Notes under the pieces: model-generated
The model's input: only the letters and a program-made list of their open reading frames with translations
What the model was told of the DNA's origin: nothing
Databases searched by the model: none
Source: Takakia lepidozioides
Taxonomy: Eukaryota; Plantae; Bryophyta
Direction of reading: 5' to 3'
Length of the DNA stretch: 64,000 nt
NCBI GenBank assembly: GCA_030704615.1
Contig: CM060731.1
Span: 21,638,001-21,702,000, forward strand
Translations under genes and position numbers: made by a program
Shown: positions 62,274-64,000 of the stretch, one piece after another
Position numbering within the stretch: the stretch's first letter is position 1
Layout: every line of letters begins with the position of its first letter

Positions 62274-63251
62274 ATGTCTTCCGAAATATTGGTGGAATTA
62301 TCTGAACACAACAATGGTCCAACGATAAGTTTGACACATGATTTGACAAACGGGCCTACAAGATTATCCAGCTTCAAGTCAGAGACAAATTCACAGGTTG
62401 CAAGAGACAAAGGAGAGGTTATAGAGCAGTCCATGGAGCAGTCATCACAAGAGCAATTTGAAAAGAAGAAACAGGTCACTTTGACAAGCATGCACCGGGT
62501 TTTCGTGGAATCAATCAACGCATATGCCCTTGTTCTTGTGTTGCTGGCCACTGTGACATATTCTGGTTTCATGCAACCTCCAGGGTCTTTTGATGGGGAT
62601 GGATATATAAGAACCTACTCGGATTCCAAGCTGATTCTATTTGTCTACTTCAACAGCTTCTCATTCTTTTTTTCTGTGGCTGATTTGTTGTTATGCCTAA
62701 GTGGAAGTTTTGCACCCCTAACCGTGTTGAATCCCGGAATGTTCATCCGTCCAAAGACCCGGCTAGGCGGCACAAATCTGAACTTTAGCATAGAATGGTC
62801 AAATATACGTACAACGGCCCCAATCCCCGAGAAGCTATATCTAGAGCAAGCCATAACTCACCAACTGGCAGGATTTGTAGCTTCCACCCTCACCAAATTG
62901 GTGTGGATTAACATCTTGTTCACAATCTCGCTAACTTGTTGTGTGGCTGCGTTTGGGTCAGCTGGGTTTGCTATTTTGAGACCGAATGGAGCCCAGCAAA
63001 TGCCAATGATTGTTTCATCAGTTGCCGGCTGCTGCTTGTATTTCGTGTTCCTGATATGGTTGCTGTCTGATTCCTTCAAGTTCTTTTGGCGTGCTGGATT
63101 TGGCCTTGTAGCCTTCAAAGAATCACCACTAGCAGACGCACTAGCAGAGAATGCAGGACATCTGTCGGTTCAGCTGCAATATAGTGAGCCCCCTACAGTC
63201 CATGACAATGGTGATGGTATAGGTCCTTTCCATGAATCAAAAAGCAATTAG
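62274..63251 (+). CDS. PGG-domain multi-pass membrane protein (may have upstream exons)
   Basis: INAYALVLVLLATVTYSGFMQPPGS...FVYFNSFSFFFSVA...ISLTCCVAAFGSAG is the PGG-domain signature, with 4-5 hydrophobic segments. Confidence 0.85.
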   Translation: MSSEILVELSEHNNGPTISLTHDLTNGPTRLSSFKSETNSQVARDKGEVIEQSMEQSSQEQFEKKKQVTLTSMHRVFVESINAYALVLVLLATVTYSGFMQPPGSFDGDGYIRTYSDSKLILFVYFNSFSFFFSVADLLLCLSGSFAPLTVLNPGMFIRPKTRLGGTNLNFSIEWSNIRTTAPIPEKLYLEQAITHQLAGFVASTLTKLVWINILFTISLTCCVAAFGSAGFAILRPNGAQQMPMIVSSVAGCCLYFVFLIWLLSDSFKFFWRAGFGLVAFKESPLADALAENAGHLSVQLQYSEPPTVHDNGDGIGPFHESKSN

Positions 63252-64000
63252 ACTCCAGGGCACCACTGCCGTGATGTCACAGTAGGTCTGTTCTAGGAAC
63301 AATGACTCCTTCATATCAGGGATGTGGCAATGATCACTGCCAGAGTGCTTTTCTCCCAGAATTTCATCACTCAATTAGAAGTTGATCCCTCAGACTTAGA
63401 TCTATCACTGGACATTCTTTGGTGTAATTGTCATACAGACACCTGCTTTCAGGTTAATGGATTGAGAACTCTTGTTGAAGTCTACACACAAAATTTCCAT
63501 GTTCCCTTTCTGTCCTGCGGATGATGCGTTGCAAAGTTCCCTGAGTTCGTGTGAGCTAACGTTGTTAAGCCTAACGGTAGAACGGGTATGCCCAAAAGCG
63601 GTTAACGTTAACGGAACCACATAGTTTCTGTTACCCGTTAGCTCATGCCACATCGGCCTTATCTACTCGGGGTGGCTCTTTGGTCCGCCAATCTCTGTGA
63701 TGCTGTGGATACTACAGCAGGCCATGGCCTGCCTCCGACACTTGCATTTCGGATGCACAACCACATGTCTGCCTTTTAGAATCTGAACTCGGTGCGGTGT
63801 CGTGACTAGAGGAAGTGCGTCAGACAGCGAGCAAGGAACAGATGTCAAGATTCGTGTCACAAACATTAGTTTGAGAGAAAGAAGAGTTAACGTCCAGCGA
63901 TATACTGTATACTCTGTGTAGGAGTGTGAGTGCACTCTGTTGAAAAGATAGAGAAATATAGAGAGATATTGAGTGGAGGATTCCGAGCTTGTGTTTTCTA

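Overview
Intron-rich land-plant nuclear DNA, probably a bryophyte or other early-diverging plant (inferred from the PPR-DYW gene, SAUR and chromovirus; species cannot be determined). Host genes are a SNAP25/SNAP33-type SNARE, an F-box/kelch-type protein, a GET2/CAML-like ER insertase subunit, a Spinster-type MFS transporter and a PGG-domain membrane protein. Pseudogenes are ARMC7, PPR-DYW, an IFI44-like P-loop GTPase and SAUR, and there are many SINE, MITE and LINE fragments. The centrepiece is an 18.6-kb Mutator-like DNA transposon (24355-42966, perfect 9-bp TSD GAGATCTAA, short imperfect TIRs; about 11.6 kb without a nested, very young chromodomain Ty3/Gypsy element). It encodes a GCM-like/MULE-DDE/SWIM transposase and, divergently, a 9-exon accessory gene that fuses a ParB/Srx-like domain to a bacterial-type beta-class N6A/N4C DNA methyltransferase fold. 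The two long introns of that gene carry about 11 copies of a 22-bp palindrome (TGAATGTCGT-TG-ACGACATTCA). The left end of the element holds the catalytic-core fragment of a sister transposase between two copies of the terminal repeat. Together these suggest a transposon-encoded, sequence-specific epigenetic self-marking or anti-silencing system (inference). All family assignments come from motif recognition by eye, with no database searches. Several frameshifts lie in homopolymers and may be assembly errors.
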